Source of the DNA: Candidatus Iainarchaeum sp.
Lineage (GTDB): Archaea > Iainarchaeota > Iainarchaeia > Iainarchaeales > GCA-2688035
Direction: 5' to 3'
NCBI GenBank assembly: GCA_017610205.1
Contig: JAFCCL010000007.1
Coordinates: 32,001 to 96,000, forward strand
DNA length: 64,000 nucleotides
The notes beneath the pieces are model-generated. The model saw nothing but the letters and a program-made list of their open reading frames with translations, was not told the DNA's origin and ran no database searches. Below, in pieces: positions 8,302 through 17,296 of this stretch. The translations under genes and the position numbers were made by a program. The number at the start of each line of letters is the position of its first letter. The first letter of the stretch is position 1.

Positions 8302-8445
8302 CTAACCCAGGGGCATTACGCCCCTTTTTTTCTTTTTACCGCAAAAACGCTTTTAGCCAAAGCTTTACTATAATATAATAGTATAACGTAACGAATAAAT
8401 GAGTAACTAAAAGGAAAGGCTTTAAATGAAAAAAGTATAAGGATT
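8290..8445 (+). repeat. Direct repeat copy 1 (tRNA-Asp 3' end plus ~140 bp), att-like
   Basis: Aligns with 10346-10501; first 21 nt identical (CCGCCCAGGGCGCTAACCCAG). Confidence 0.9.
8310..8331 (+). terminator. Hairpin plus T-tract terminator after tRNA-Asp
   Basis: GGGGC-ATTAC-GCCCC-TTTTTTT. Confidence 0.7.
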
Positions 8446-8505
8446 TCTATATCATTTTTAGTAACGAAACAATTAAGTAAAAGTTAGCCTTATTAATAAA
8501 TAATC

Positions 8506-8907
8506 ATGTTTTTTTGGAAAAAGTATTCTAAGCCAGTTTTCATAGCCTTGTTTTTGCTACTTAGCTTTTTGGTCCTGTTTTTGGATGTTAAAGCAATTCC
8601 ATTTTTTGGCTTAACCTTTGAAGAGGAAATCCTCTTCCCTGCTTTCGGAGTACTGCTTTTGGGCTTTGGATTGCTGGTCTTGAACAAAAAGCTTTCAGGC
8701 AAGTCAAACCTGATTGAAGAACTGCGAGAAATGACTATTGCTTCAAAATTCTTTGGCTTGCTTTCGCTTCTCTCGCTTGTAATCATAATCATTCTGATAA
8801 TTTTCCAAGGCTTTTCCCTGTTCAGTTTTACACCCGCCATAATTACTGAGGAAAGAATTGTTGCTATCGTAATGCTTGTGTCTGCCGTGATTTTCATTCT
8901 TGTTTAG
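8506..8907 (+). CDS. Hypothetical membrane protein (about 4 TM helices)
   Basis: Hydrophobic segments only. Confidence 0.6.
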   Translation: MFFWKKYSKPVFIALFLLLSFLVLFLDVKAIPFFGLTFEEEILFPAFGVLLLGFGLLVLNKKLSGKSNLIEELREMTIASKFFGLLSLLSLVIIIILIIFQGFSLFSFTPAIITEERIVAIVMLVSAVIFILV

Positions 8908-9017
8908 TGTAGAAAAACTGAGGGCATTTTAATCTGTTTAGTGTTCTGCGTTTATTTTTTTGAGGTAACCAAAAGCGAAAATAAAGTATTAAATAACACA
9001 TCTGTGTTTATACAAGT

Positions 9018-10178
9018 ATGGAAGAAGTTTTTTTGTTTCTAGCCTTTGCCTTTTCACTTACTTTTGCAATTGGGCTATTGTTGGAAAAAATAAGGGTTCC
9101 TTGGATTTTTGCAGCCTTGTTAATAGGTGCTTCACTCACTTTTTATAACCCCTTTTATTCTGTTACGTCTTCTCAAACATTTAGTCTCTTAGCACAACTA
9201 GGAATGTATTTTTTGCTTTTTGTGATAGGTTTTGAGATAGACCTAACTAAGATGAAAAAAGCAGGCCGGTTTATTTTAAAAAGCACCTTCTTTATCATTT
9301 TCTTAGAAGCTCTTTTTGGAACAGCTCTTATCCATCTTGTTTTTGGATACGACTTATTCATTTCATTTATTGTAGCATTATCTTTTGCAACAGTTGGCGA
9401 AGCAATATTAATTCCTATTCTGGATGAGTTCAAAATAATAAACACAAAATTAGGGCAAAGCATTATTGGAATAGGCCTCTTAGATGACATACTAGAAATC
9501 CTCATTTTAATAGTCGTAATATTTGTAGTAGGCACTACCACTCACACACCTACAGGCATAAGTATGACAATAGCAGCACTCTTTCTTTTATTTGGCCTGA
9601 CCTTTGCATTAACAAAACTGGAAAAAGCAAGCAAAAAGTTTAACTTCTTAAACGTCGAAATTTTATTTCTTTTTATCCTTTTTGTTTTCTTTTTGTTTTT
9701 AGGAATAGGAGGATACGCACATGCCATTCCAATTGCTGCTTTTCTTGCAGGAATTGCCCTAAAAACATTTATTCCGGAAAAAAGGCTGAAAAAAGTAGAA
9801 TCAGAAGTTAAAACAATGTGCTATGGTTTTTTTGCTCCAATATTCTTCTTAGGGGTTGGCTTGTCAATGGACATCAAATATATTATTGCTTTCCCACTGC
9901 TCATACTTTTGATTGTAATTGTTTCCAATGGAGCAAAGCTCCTCGGTAGCTATATTGTTGCAAGAAAAGAACTTGGGTCAAAACAATCCATTCTGCTTGG
10001 AATAGGCTTATCGGTAAGGTTCAGTACAAGCATCGTTATCGTAAAAATTCTGTTTGAAAACAACATAATAGGAAGCAAATTATTCTCCATTATAATAGCC
10101 TCAAGCATAGTGTTTACATTCCTCGTCCCACTCTTATTCTCCAATTTGCTCGTAAGATGGAAAGTCGCCCACACCTAA
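9018..10178 (+). CDS. Cation:proton antiporter (CPA2/KefB-like)
   Basis: LLFVIGFEID, GLLDD, GFFAPIFF motifs; many TM helices. Confidence 0.9.
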   Translation: MEEVFLFLAFAFSLTFAIGLLLEKIRVPWIFAALLIGASLTFYNPFYSVTSSQTFSLLAQLGMYFLLFVIGFEIDLTKMKKAGRFILKSTFFIIFLEALFGTALIHLVFGYDLFISFIVALSFATVGEAILIPILDEFKIINTKLGQSIIGIGLLDDILEILILIVVIFVVGTTTHTPTGISMTIAALFLLFGLTFALTKLEKASKKFNFLNVEILFLFILFVFFLFLGIGGYAHAIPIAAFLAGIALKTFIPEKRLKKVESEVKTMCYGFFAPIFFLGVGLSMDIKYIIAFPLLILLIVIVSNGAKLLGSYIVARKELGSKQSILLGIGLSVRFSTSIVIVKILFENNIIGSKLFSIIIASSIVFTFLVPLLFSNLLVRWKVAHT

Positions 10179-10345
10179 ACCCAGGCAGCAAATCCATTCC
10201 ATGCCAAAATAAAAACAAGGCAAAGGCCTGTTTTAGCTTACTTAAAAAAAAAACGATGATTTAATTAACTTCTTGCACTACACTATTTCTACAGAAAATT
10301 CGCCAAATTAATTGGTTTGGGGCACTTGATTTTAAGGAATGCGTT

Positions 10346-10501
10346 CCGCCCAGGGCGCTAACCCAGAGGCATTACGCCCCCTTTTTTCTTTTTACCGCAA
10401 AATGCTTTTAGCCAAAGCTTTTACTGGAATATAATAATATAATGGTAAACATTTATGGGTAACTAATAGGAAAAGCTGTAAATGAAAAAAAGGTAAGTAT
10501 T
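10346..10501 (+). repeat. Direct repeat copy 2 (displaced tRNA-Asp 3' fragment plus arm)
   Basis: Diverged copy of 8290-8445. Confidence 0.9.
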
Positions 10502-10701
10502 TAGTTGGATCTATTTTCAAGGCTCAGAAATACGTTAAAACGGCCAAAATTGAAAAATAGCACTCAGTAACTAAATACGTACAAAAAAAAGCATAAGCAG
10601 TTCTACACCGCCGCACTGTTCAAAACAATAAAAAAAAGGCAAACCAAAAAATATAATAACTAAAAAAGCAATATTATAACCAGAAAAAAGAGGTTCAAAG
10701 A

Positions 10702-11676
10702 ATGTCATTAAAACTAAACCTTACAGTTCCAAACAAGGCAATCCACGCACTCATAGCAGTCATCATTGTTTCTGCCTTGGTTACAGGAGCTGTTGCTTAT
10801 GCTAACAGTGGGGATGTGCTAAATCTTGCTCCGCCAACAACAATTCCCAACCCAGGACACTCTTCCACACAGATAATGATTAACCTTGGGGTAGCAGTCG
10901 CAGGTGACCCATGCACAGGTGATATCACATTACAGCAGGCTTTGGAAGACGGGTGTTTTAAGATATCAGAACCCTCTATTCCTGCCTGTGCCGACAACGA
11001 AATTCTCAAATTCAATGCCACTAGTGGAGCGTGGGAATGCAACATGCCTGTCACAGTACCGTTTATTCCATCCTGTGCTGGTGATGAAATCCTCAAGTTT
11101 GATGCCACTGCTGGAGATTGGGTATGCAGCACAGATGAAAGCCTAGGGCTGGTTTCGTGTGCTAACGAAGACTATTTGAGATTTGATACCATTGCAGGGG
11201 ATTGGGTTTGCGACAGCGGAGGCAGCCCATGCATTGCAAACCCTGCCTGTGCTGCCACCACCTGTGTTGGTGACACTTGTACTGATTCATGTGGCAACGT
11301 GTATAATGGCCTTTCCAGCAGCGGGTCTTGCTGCGTTGACACCAGCTGGACACCTGCCACTTCAACTTTTTGTTCAGGTACAAACTTTACCCAGACAAGC
11401 AACTGTGGCAGGACTAGGGTTGCTGTTGGAACTAAATCATGTTGTACTACTTATACCGATTCCTTCAATTGTGCTTTTGGTAATTATGGAGAGGTCACTT
11501 GCCCACCTGGTTATTATGTGAACAGTTACAGTTGTGCTCAAACAAGTTATCATTATCCTCCAGCTGTTTGTAATATTTGGAGCTCGGATTGGTTTAACCG
11601 TAATGCGGGGTGTAGTTGTTTGATGAGTTCGGGAACTGGTACGTGTCGTGTTTCAGTAGAATGCTGCCAAAGCTAA
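10702..11676 (+). CDS. Membrane-anchored/secreted Cys-rich fibre- or adhesin-like protein
   Basis: N-terminal hydrophobic helix, PNPGH motif, three C-x4-(I/Y)L(K/R)F-x6-WxC repeats, ~28 Cys. Confidence 0.75.
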   Translation: MSLKLNLTVPNKAIHALIAVIIVSALVTGAVAYANSGDVLNLAPPTTIPNPGHSSTQIMINLGVAVAGDPCTGDITLQQALEDGCFKISEPSIPACADNEILKFNATSGAWECNMPVTVPFIPSCAGDEILKFDATAGDWVCSTDESLGLVSCANEDYLRFDTIAGDWVCDSGGSPCIANPACAATTCVGDTCTDSCGNVYNGLSSSGSCCVDTSWTPATSTFCSGTNFTQTSNCGRTRVAVGTKSCCTTYTDSFNCAFGNYGEVTCPPGYYVNSYSCAQTSYHYPPAVCNIWSSDWFNRNAGCSCLMSSGTGTCRVSVECCQS

Positions 11677-11696
11677 GAGGAAAAAAAAACGAAAAA

Positions 11697-11960
11697 ATGG
11701 ATAAAAAGGGAAAAAATCCAGGCGCTATTACAAACCCAGAGTATGTTTTGAGCATAATTCAGGGCTACTTTGTAGGCGATGCTTCGCTTGAAGACAGATT
11801 GACAAAGCTTCAGTGGGTTTTCAGAGCTTGCAGAACAATGCTCTTTAGGAGACCCTATTAGAATATTAAAACGAATGGAGCCCTAACCTGTGAGGCAGAT
11901 GATGTTGGGAGTGCAGAAGACACTCCCACAAGCAGTATAATTAGACACTTGGGAGTGTGA
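11697..11960 (+). pseudogene. Decayed fragment of a related surface-protein gene
   Basis: NPGAITNPEYVLSIIQGYFVGDASL...(TAG)...NGALTCEADDVG; start resembles PTTIPNPGHSSTQI of the upstream gene; lacks signal peptide. Confidence 0.45.
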
Positions 11961-12156
11961 AATTTTGATGCAACAGGGTTAGGCTTTGGCTCCGTGAATA
12001 TTTAAACAAATGGAAAGGTGGTTTCCTGTAAACAAATTATTCTGTTAACCAAAGCACTAAAAATGGTTATGGTCTTAAATGAATGATTATTCCTTGAAAG
12101 AAAAGCGAAGGAAAATAACTTGAAGGCAAAAAAACAACAAAAAAAGGTTTTAAAGT

Positions 12157-12390
12157 ACGGTTAAGGTGATTGTTTACACATCCCCAACATGCACTTACTG
12201 CTATGTTGTGAAAATCTTTTTAAAGAAAAACAAAATAGAGTTTGAAGAGATTGATATCTCAGAAGATAAGGAAAGCGGAAAACGCTTGGAGAAAAAAACA
12301 GGTGTTGAAACTGTTCCTGTAACCTTTGTCGGAGAAAAGTTTGTTATAGGATATAACAAGAAAAAACTAAAGGAACTTTTGGGGCTGTAA
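12157..12390 (+). CDS. Glutaredoxin/NrdH-like protein
   Basis: VYTSPTCTYC, TVP cis-Pro motif, VIGYN; start is ACG 12157 or GTG 12166. Confidence 0.88.
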   Translation, partial: TVKVIVYTSPTCTYCYVVKIFLKKNKIEFEEIDISEDKESGKRLEKKTGVETVPVTFVGEKFVIGYNKKKLKELLGL

Positions 12391-12393
12391 AAA

Positions 12394-13596
12394 ATGGAAG
12401 TTGTTTCTGCAGCAAAAAGATTTTTCAGCTCAAAATTTAACTTATACCTTGTAATTGCCCTTGTTTTGATTGGCACCGCACTTGTTGCCCATGGATATTT
12501 CGCTGAGCCTGTTGAAGAAGAGGGCTTGATATTGCATTACTTTTACTTGCCGACTTGCCCACACTGCAAGGAACAGGAGCCTATAGTAAGGGAGCTTGAG
12601 GCAGAGATGGCTGAAGTGAAGTTCTTTTACCACGATGCTTCAACACAAGATGGTGCTACCCTGTTCTACAAGATGGCTTCTGAGATAGGTTTGAATACTT
12701 CAAGACTTGGAACGCCAACTGTAATTCTGAACCATGGCTATCTTTTAGGTTTACATAGCAAGGAGGAGATAATTTCGGCAATCGAAGACTGCAGGATAAC
12801 GTGTGAGGCCGAAACGCAAAGAGAAATAGAGGTCAGGGAAGTAAGCACTTCTTTTACAGAATTTGAGCTTCCTTTTTTTGGCAGGGTAAACCTGATGTCA
12901 ATTTCACTGCCTGCCCTTGCAGCAATGCTTGGGTTGGTTGACGGCTTTAACCCGTGTGCAATGTGGGTGCTTGTTTACCTGATTGCCTTGCTGATAGATG
13001 TTGAAGACAAGAGAAAAATGTGGATTGTTGTCGGAACTTTTGTGCTTGCTTCAGGCCTTCTTTACTTCTTTTTTATGACTGCATGGCTCAATATATTCCT
13101 TTTAGTTGGATATGTAAGAATCCTGACAATAATAATCGGACTTATTGCCCTGGGAGGGGGAATCCTGAGCATGAAAGATTATATTACAACAAAGGGCGAC
13201 CTTGAATGCAAGGTCGAAACCGATGGGTCGCACAAGAAAACCATGCAAAGGATCCAGGACATTGTGAAACAGCCTTTGACAATTCCAATTATTCTGGCAA
13301 TTTTTGTCCTTGCATTTGTTGTAAATTCTGTTGAGTTTGTTTGCTCTGCAGCCATTCCGGCGGTTTTTACACAGATACTTGCATTAAGCAATATTTCAAT
13401 CTTTGAGCAATATGGTTACATTCTTCTTTATGTGTTTTTCTTTATGCTTGACGACCTGATAATATTCAGCCTGGCAGTATTTGCCATAAGCAGCAGTTTT
13501 GTCCAAAAGTATGCAAAGTACTGCAGGTTTATAGGAGGAATTATTCTTTTTATTCTTGGAATGTTGCTTCTCTTTGCCCCAGGACTTTTGGGCTAG
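12394..13596 (+). CDS. Exported thioredoxin domain fused to CcdA-like membrane domain
   Basis: N-terminal TM, CPHC, GTPT; then DGFNPCAMW and EFVCSAAIP TM Cys motifs. Confidence 0.85.
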   Translation: MEVVSAAKRFFSSKFNLYLVIALVLIGTALVAHGYFAEPVEEEGLILHYFYLPTCPHCKEQEPIVRELEAEMAEVKFFYHDASTQDGATLFYKMASEIGLNTSRLGTPTVILNHGYLLGLHSKEEIISAIEDCRITCEAETQREIEVREVSTSFTEFELPFFGRVNLMSISLPALAAMLGLVDGFNPCAMWVLVYLIALLIDVEDKRKMWIVVGTFVLASGLLYFFFMTAWLNIFLLVGYVRILTIIIGLIALGGGILSMKDYITTKGDLECKVETDGSHKKTMQRIQDIVKQPLTIPIILAIFVLAFVVNSVEFVCSAAIPAVFTQILALSNISIFEQYGYILLYVFFFMLDDLIIFSLAVFAISSSFVQKYAKYCRFIGGIILFILGMLLLFAPGLLG

Positions 13597-13612
13597 GACT
13601 TAAATTAAATGT

Positions 13613-14572
13613 CTAAAAAAAAGCGGTTTGTGGAGCAAGGAGTTCAAGAGACAAAATTAGGAAAATTGCATAAATGGCAAGCAGGAAAAATGCTGATTTT
13701 TTTGAGATGGCGCCTTTTTTTCTTAGCACAGCCCAGATAAAAATAGCTGCTGCAAAAGTAAGAAGAACTGGCGCAAGCAATGGAAGAGTATTTATTTTCG
13801 AAGGGCTTAGGATTGCCAGGGTTCCAAGAACGAGGGTTATGTTTGTAACAGCCGAGCCAAACAAGTCACCCATTGCAAGGGCATACTCCTTTTTCTTTAT
13901 TGCTCTAATTTCAACACTAAGTTCAGGCAAGGTTGTCCCAATTGCCACAGCAGTTGCGCCAAAAATGGTTTGGGGAATAAGAAGAATTGAAGTTATTTGA
14001 ATTGCGCTGTCAACCATGAACTTGCTTGATAACAGCAGCAGCAAAACACTTGCAGCAAAAGCTGCAACCAGCTTCTTTTTGTTATGTGAAACATTGTTTG
14101 AAAAGCCAGTTGGAACCTTTCCGCGCTTGTACAGCCTTATGATTAGGAAGGCAAACAGCACAATGCAGACCACGCCGTAGGAAAAATTTACTGAGCCGGA
14201 ACTGAAAATAAAAAGGCTTATGACAGTTGCAATCAAAAGCAATTCAATCAGGTTATCAACCTCATGTTTCTTAAGGTAGACCGCCCCGCCGAATATCAGG
14301 CACAGGGGAAGAACCAATGCCAGGTCAGCAAGATTTGCACCAAAAATGTCACCAATGGCAAGTGCTGGTGCATTTTCAAAAGCCGAAAAAATTGCAACCA
14401 TCAGCTCTGGCAACGAGGTTGAAACTGAAAGAACAATAAAGCCTATTGCCAGGGTTGAAATTCCAAATGCTTTGCTAAGCAGAAGTGCATGCTCAACAAC
14501 ATACTTGCTGCTTTTGAATAAGATAATGGCACTTGCGATGAAAACAAAAACTGGAAAAACAATGGATTGCAT
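13613..14572 (-). CDS. Ca2+/Na+ (CaCA, YrbG-like) antiporter
   Basis: Alpha repeats STSLPEL / GTTLPEL and GDIFGAN / GDLFGS. Confidence 0.92.
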   Translation of the reverse strand: MQSIVFPVFVFIASAIILFKSSKYVVEHALLLSKAFGISTLAIGFIVLSVSTSLPELMVAIFSAFENAPALAIGDIFGANLADLALVLPLCLIFGGAVYLKKHEVDNLIELLLIATVISLFIFSSGSVNFSYGVVCIVLFAFLIIRLYKRGKVPTGFSNNVSHNKKKLVAAFAASVLLLLLSSKFMVDSAIQITSILLIPQTIFGATAVAIGTTLPELSVEIRAIKKKEYALAMGDLFGSAVTNITLVLGTLAILSPSKINTLPLLAPVLLTFAAAIFIWAVLRKKGAISKKSAFFLLAIYAIFLILSLELLAPQTAFF

Positions 14573-14683
14573 AATGATAATAACTGCTTAACACAAATAA
14601 AAATAATTGCTTTTTTTGGTTTCATTCAGTTTTGTGCACTATTGCCTTTTTATTATTTCTTTTATATATTTTAATTGGTTCAG

Positions 14684-15265
14684 ATGGCTGAAGGCAAAGA
14701 ACTCAAAAATCTTGTTGAATTTTTTCACATTGCAGGAAAGCTAAAGCTGGAGAAAAGGCGCGGGTGGGTTATCAAAAAAGTCAAGGAGCCTGAAAGTGTA
14801 AGTGACCACAGTTTCAGGCTTGCATTAATGGCAATGGTTTTTGCTGAAAGGCAAAGGCTTGATATATGCAAGGCAATGAAGATGGCTTTGTTGCATGATT
14901 TGCCCGAAGCAATTTGCGGAGATGTTGCTGTTCGCATTGAGGAAGAAATGCAGGAAATACCAAACAAGGAAAAAGAGGAAATGGAACAAAAGGCGTTTGA
15001 GCATGAGCTAAAGCTTTTGCCAAAAGGTGTTGCAGAGGAATTCAAAAGTCTTTTTGAAGAGTTTAACAGAAGGGAAAGCAGGGAGGCAAAGCTTGTTTAT
15101 GAATTGGACAGGCTTGAGGCATTATTTCAAGCGGTTGAATATGAAAATGAAGGACATTTGGAAACAAGCCTGCAGGAATTTTTTGATTATGCAGAAAGCA
15201 GATTGAAAGATGTGGAACTGAAACAGGTTTTTGGTTTGCTTATGAAGGAAGGGAAAAAAGAATAG
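14684..15265 (+). CDS. HD-domain phosphohydrolase (YfbR/HDDC2-like)
   Basis: RRGW, ESVSDHSFR, LLHDLPE, LDRLE. Confidence 0.92.
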   Translation: MAEGKELKNLVEFFHIAGKLKLEKRRGWVIKKVKEPESVSDHSFRLALMAMVFAERQRLDICKAMKMALLHDLPEAICGDVAVRIEEEMQEIPNKEKEEMEQKAFEHELKLLPKGVAEEFKSLFEEFNRRESREAKLVYELDRLEALFQAVEYENEGHLETSLQEFFDYAESRLKDVELKQVFGLLMKEGKKE

Positions 15266-15581
15266 TGGCAGAATGGGCTGAAAGGATGCAGATCCTGTGT
15301 GGAAAATTTCCACAGGAATTGGGAAAAATTCTTGAAAAAGTGGGTTTTTTTGTAAAAAAATGGCTTTTTGGTTGCAAAAAAGGGCTTTTGAAGGGCTTGG
15401 TTTGGGAAGCTTTAAATGGTTTTCCATTTTTAATTTAATAGATTATTTTTATAATCAACGATTTTTTGGATTGAGAGTAAATTGTTTAAGATTGGTGCCA
15501 TCTAAACAGAACCATCATTAGAGTGGATTCAGCCAAGAGCATGGTTTCCGAAAATCGTGAAAGAGAAACGAGGGGCTAAGC

Positions 15582-15824
15582 TTGCCGGTTAAATCTGTTG
15601 AAACAGCGTACGATCATTTTCTTGTTCCAAAGCAGGTAATGATTTCAAAGGAACAGGCTGCAGAACTTCTTAAAAAATATAATTTAACACTTAATCAGCT
15701 TCCAAAAATTTCAAGCAAGGATGCTGCAATAGCAGAACTCAAACCGGTAAAAGATGAAATTGTAAAGATTATCAGAAACAGCCCTACTGCCGGAAAAACT
15801 GTTTATTATAGGAGGGTTGTCTGA
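15582..15824 (+). CDS. rpoH: RNA polymerase subunit H (Rpo5)
   Basis: HFLVPK...LPKI...IIRNSPTAG...YYRRVV; TTG start. Confidence 0.95.
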   Translation: MPVKSVETAYDHFLVPKQVMISKEQAAELLKKYNLTLNQLPKISSKDAAIAELKPVKDEIVKIIRNSPTAGKTVYYRRVV

Positions 15825-17291
15825 ATGAACAATTGGGAATTAATTAATACGTATTTTAGAGACAAGAATTTTGCCCAAATGGAAATTGACAGCTTTGACC
15901 AGTTTGTTGAAAAAAAGCTTCCTGAAATTGTTGAAGAAAGCGGGGAGATAGTTCCAAAGATTGAAGAGGTTAAAATCGAATTAAGCGATATAGAAGTTTT
16001 AAAGCCAAAAATTGTCGAAGCTGACGGAAGCCCTAGAACAGAATTTTACCCAATGGAAGCAAGGACCAGAAATAGGTCTTATGCAGGTCCGATTTTTCTC
16101 ACAATGAGAATGCTAAGACGTGATGTTGAACAGGATGTAAGGCGTGCATTCATTGGTGAACTGCCAATAATGGTTAATTCAAAGCTTTGCTGGCTTAATG
16201 AAAAAAGTGTTGAAGAACGAATAGAAGCAGGTGAAGATCCTTTGGACACCGGTGGATATTTTATTATAAACGGTTCTGAAAAAGTTTTGATGACTCAGGA
16301 GGTTCTTGCAAGCGACCGTGTTTTAATAAGCAAGGGGTTGAAGGGAATTGATGCAGAGGTTATTTCAACAAAGGGTGCATTCAAAGGAAGAGTGCGTGTT
16401 TCAAGAAAGCCAGATGGTATGCTAAATATTACGTTTCCTTCTTCTCCAAAAAAGCTTAAGCTGTTTGTTTTGCTTAAGGCACTTGGCCTTAAAACAATGA
16501 GGGAATTCAGGGATGCTTTTCCTGTAGAGAAAGAAATTGAAAATGACATTCTTTTAAACTGGCAGAATACTTTTGTAAAAAATGAGGAAGAGGCTCTTGA
16601 CAGGCTTGGAAAATATGTTGCACCAGGCCAGGTAATTGATTACAGACTTAGAAGAGCACAAGAGGTAATTGACGCATTCCTGCTTCCGCACATTGGCCAA
16701 GCAAAGGAAGACAGGCTTGCAAAGGCATATTATTTGACAATGATGGCAACAAAGGCAATTGAAAGGTCATATGGCTTAAGGTCTGATGATGACAAAGACC
16801 ATTATTCAAACAAAAGGCTTGAGCTTTCAGGAAAGCTAATGGAACACTTATTCAGGTACAGTTTCAAATACTTTATTAAGGACTTAAAATTCCAAATTGA
16901 CAGGACTGTTACAAGAAGAAGAAAGCTAAACATTAGCACTGTTGTAAGACCTGGAGCAGTAAGTGAAAGAATCAGGTTTGCTATGAGCACAGGAAACTGG
17001 ATTGGAAGAGCAACTGGTGTTAGCAAGTTTATGGACAGAGTAAATTATTTGAGTCCTTTAACAGATTTAAGAAAGGTAAAAAGCCCGTTGAACAAGAACC
17101 GTGAACTGTATGAGGCAAGGGATGTTCATGGAACTCATTGGGGAAGGCTTGGACCGGTTGAAACACCAGATGGACCGCAATGTGGTTTGGTAAAAAACCT
17201 TGCTTTGATGGCAGAGGTTACAACAGAATCTGAAGAGACTGCTATTGAAGACCTTTTGCACAAAAAGGGCGTAAAAATGAGGAAGTTGTGA
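15825..17291 (+). CDS. rpoB2: RNA polymerase subunit B'' (Rpo2N)
   Basis: GGYFIINGSEKV, DKDHYSNKRL, ETPDG..CGLVKNLA. Confidence 0.96.
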   Translation: MNNWELINTYFRDKNFAQMEIDSFDQFVEKKLPEIVEESGEIVPKIEEVKIELSDIEVLKPKIVEADGSPRTEFYPMEARTRNRSYAGPIFLTMRMLRRDVEQDVRRAFIGELPIMVNSKLCWLNEKSVEERIEAGEDPLDTGGYFIINGSEKVLMTQEVLASDRVLISKGLKGIDAEVISTKGAFKGRVRVSRKPDGMLNITFPSSPKKLKLFVLLKALGLKTMREFRDAFPVEKEIENDILLNWQNTFVKNEEEALDRLGKYVAPGQVIDYRLRRAQEVIDAFLLPHIGQAKEDRLAKAYYLTMMATKAIERSYGLRSDDDKDHYSNKRLELSGKLMEHLFRYSFKYFIKDLKFQIDRTVTRRRKLNISTVVRPGAVSERIRFAMSTGNWIGRATGVSKFMDRVNYLSPLTDLRKVKSPLNKNRELYEARDVHGTHWGRLGPVETPDGPQCGLVKNLALMAEVTTESEETAIEDLLHKKGVKMRKL

Positions 17292-17296
17292 TTGAA

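Larger units (their letters stand above)
8302..10345. mobile_element. Integrase-less genomic islet integrated at tRNA-Asp
   Basis: Bounded by duplicated tRNA 3' end; carries two membrane-protein genes; no integrase in the window. Confidence 0.65.

Noticed and set aside
8142-8378. 78-aa ORF in the track
   Set aside because: Overlaps tRNA-Asp and its terminator; spurious
10346-10357. Second tRNA-Asp or split-tRNA half
   Set aside because: Only the last ~12 nt of the tRNA are present; no T-loop or BHB-forming leader; better explained as an att fragment
11440-11676. Diversity-generating retroelement variable region in the fibre gene
   Set aside because: No reverse transcriptase and no template repeat differing at adenines found in the window
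15265-15438. 57-codon GTG ORF or replication origin (DnaA-box/ORB-like words) before rpoH
   Set aside because: The ORF runs through homopolymer-rich promoter sequence without motifs; no repeated ORB elements or cdc6/orc1 gene nearby
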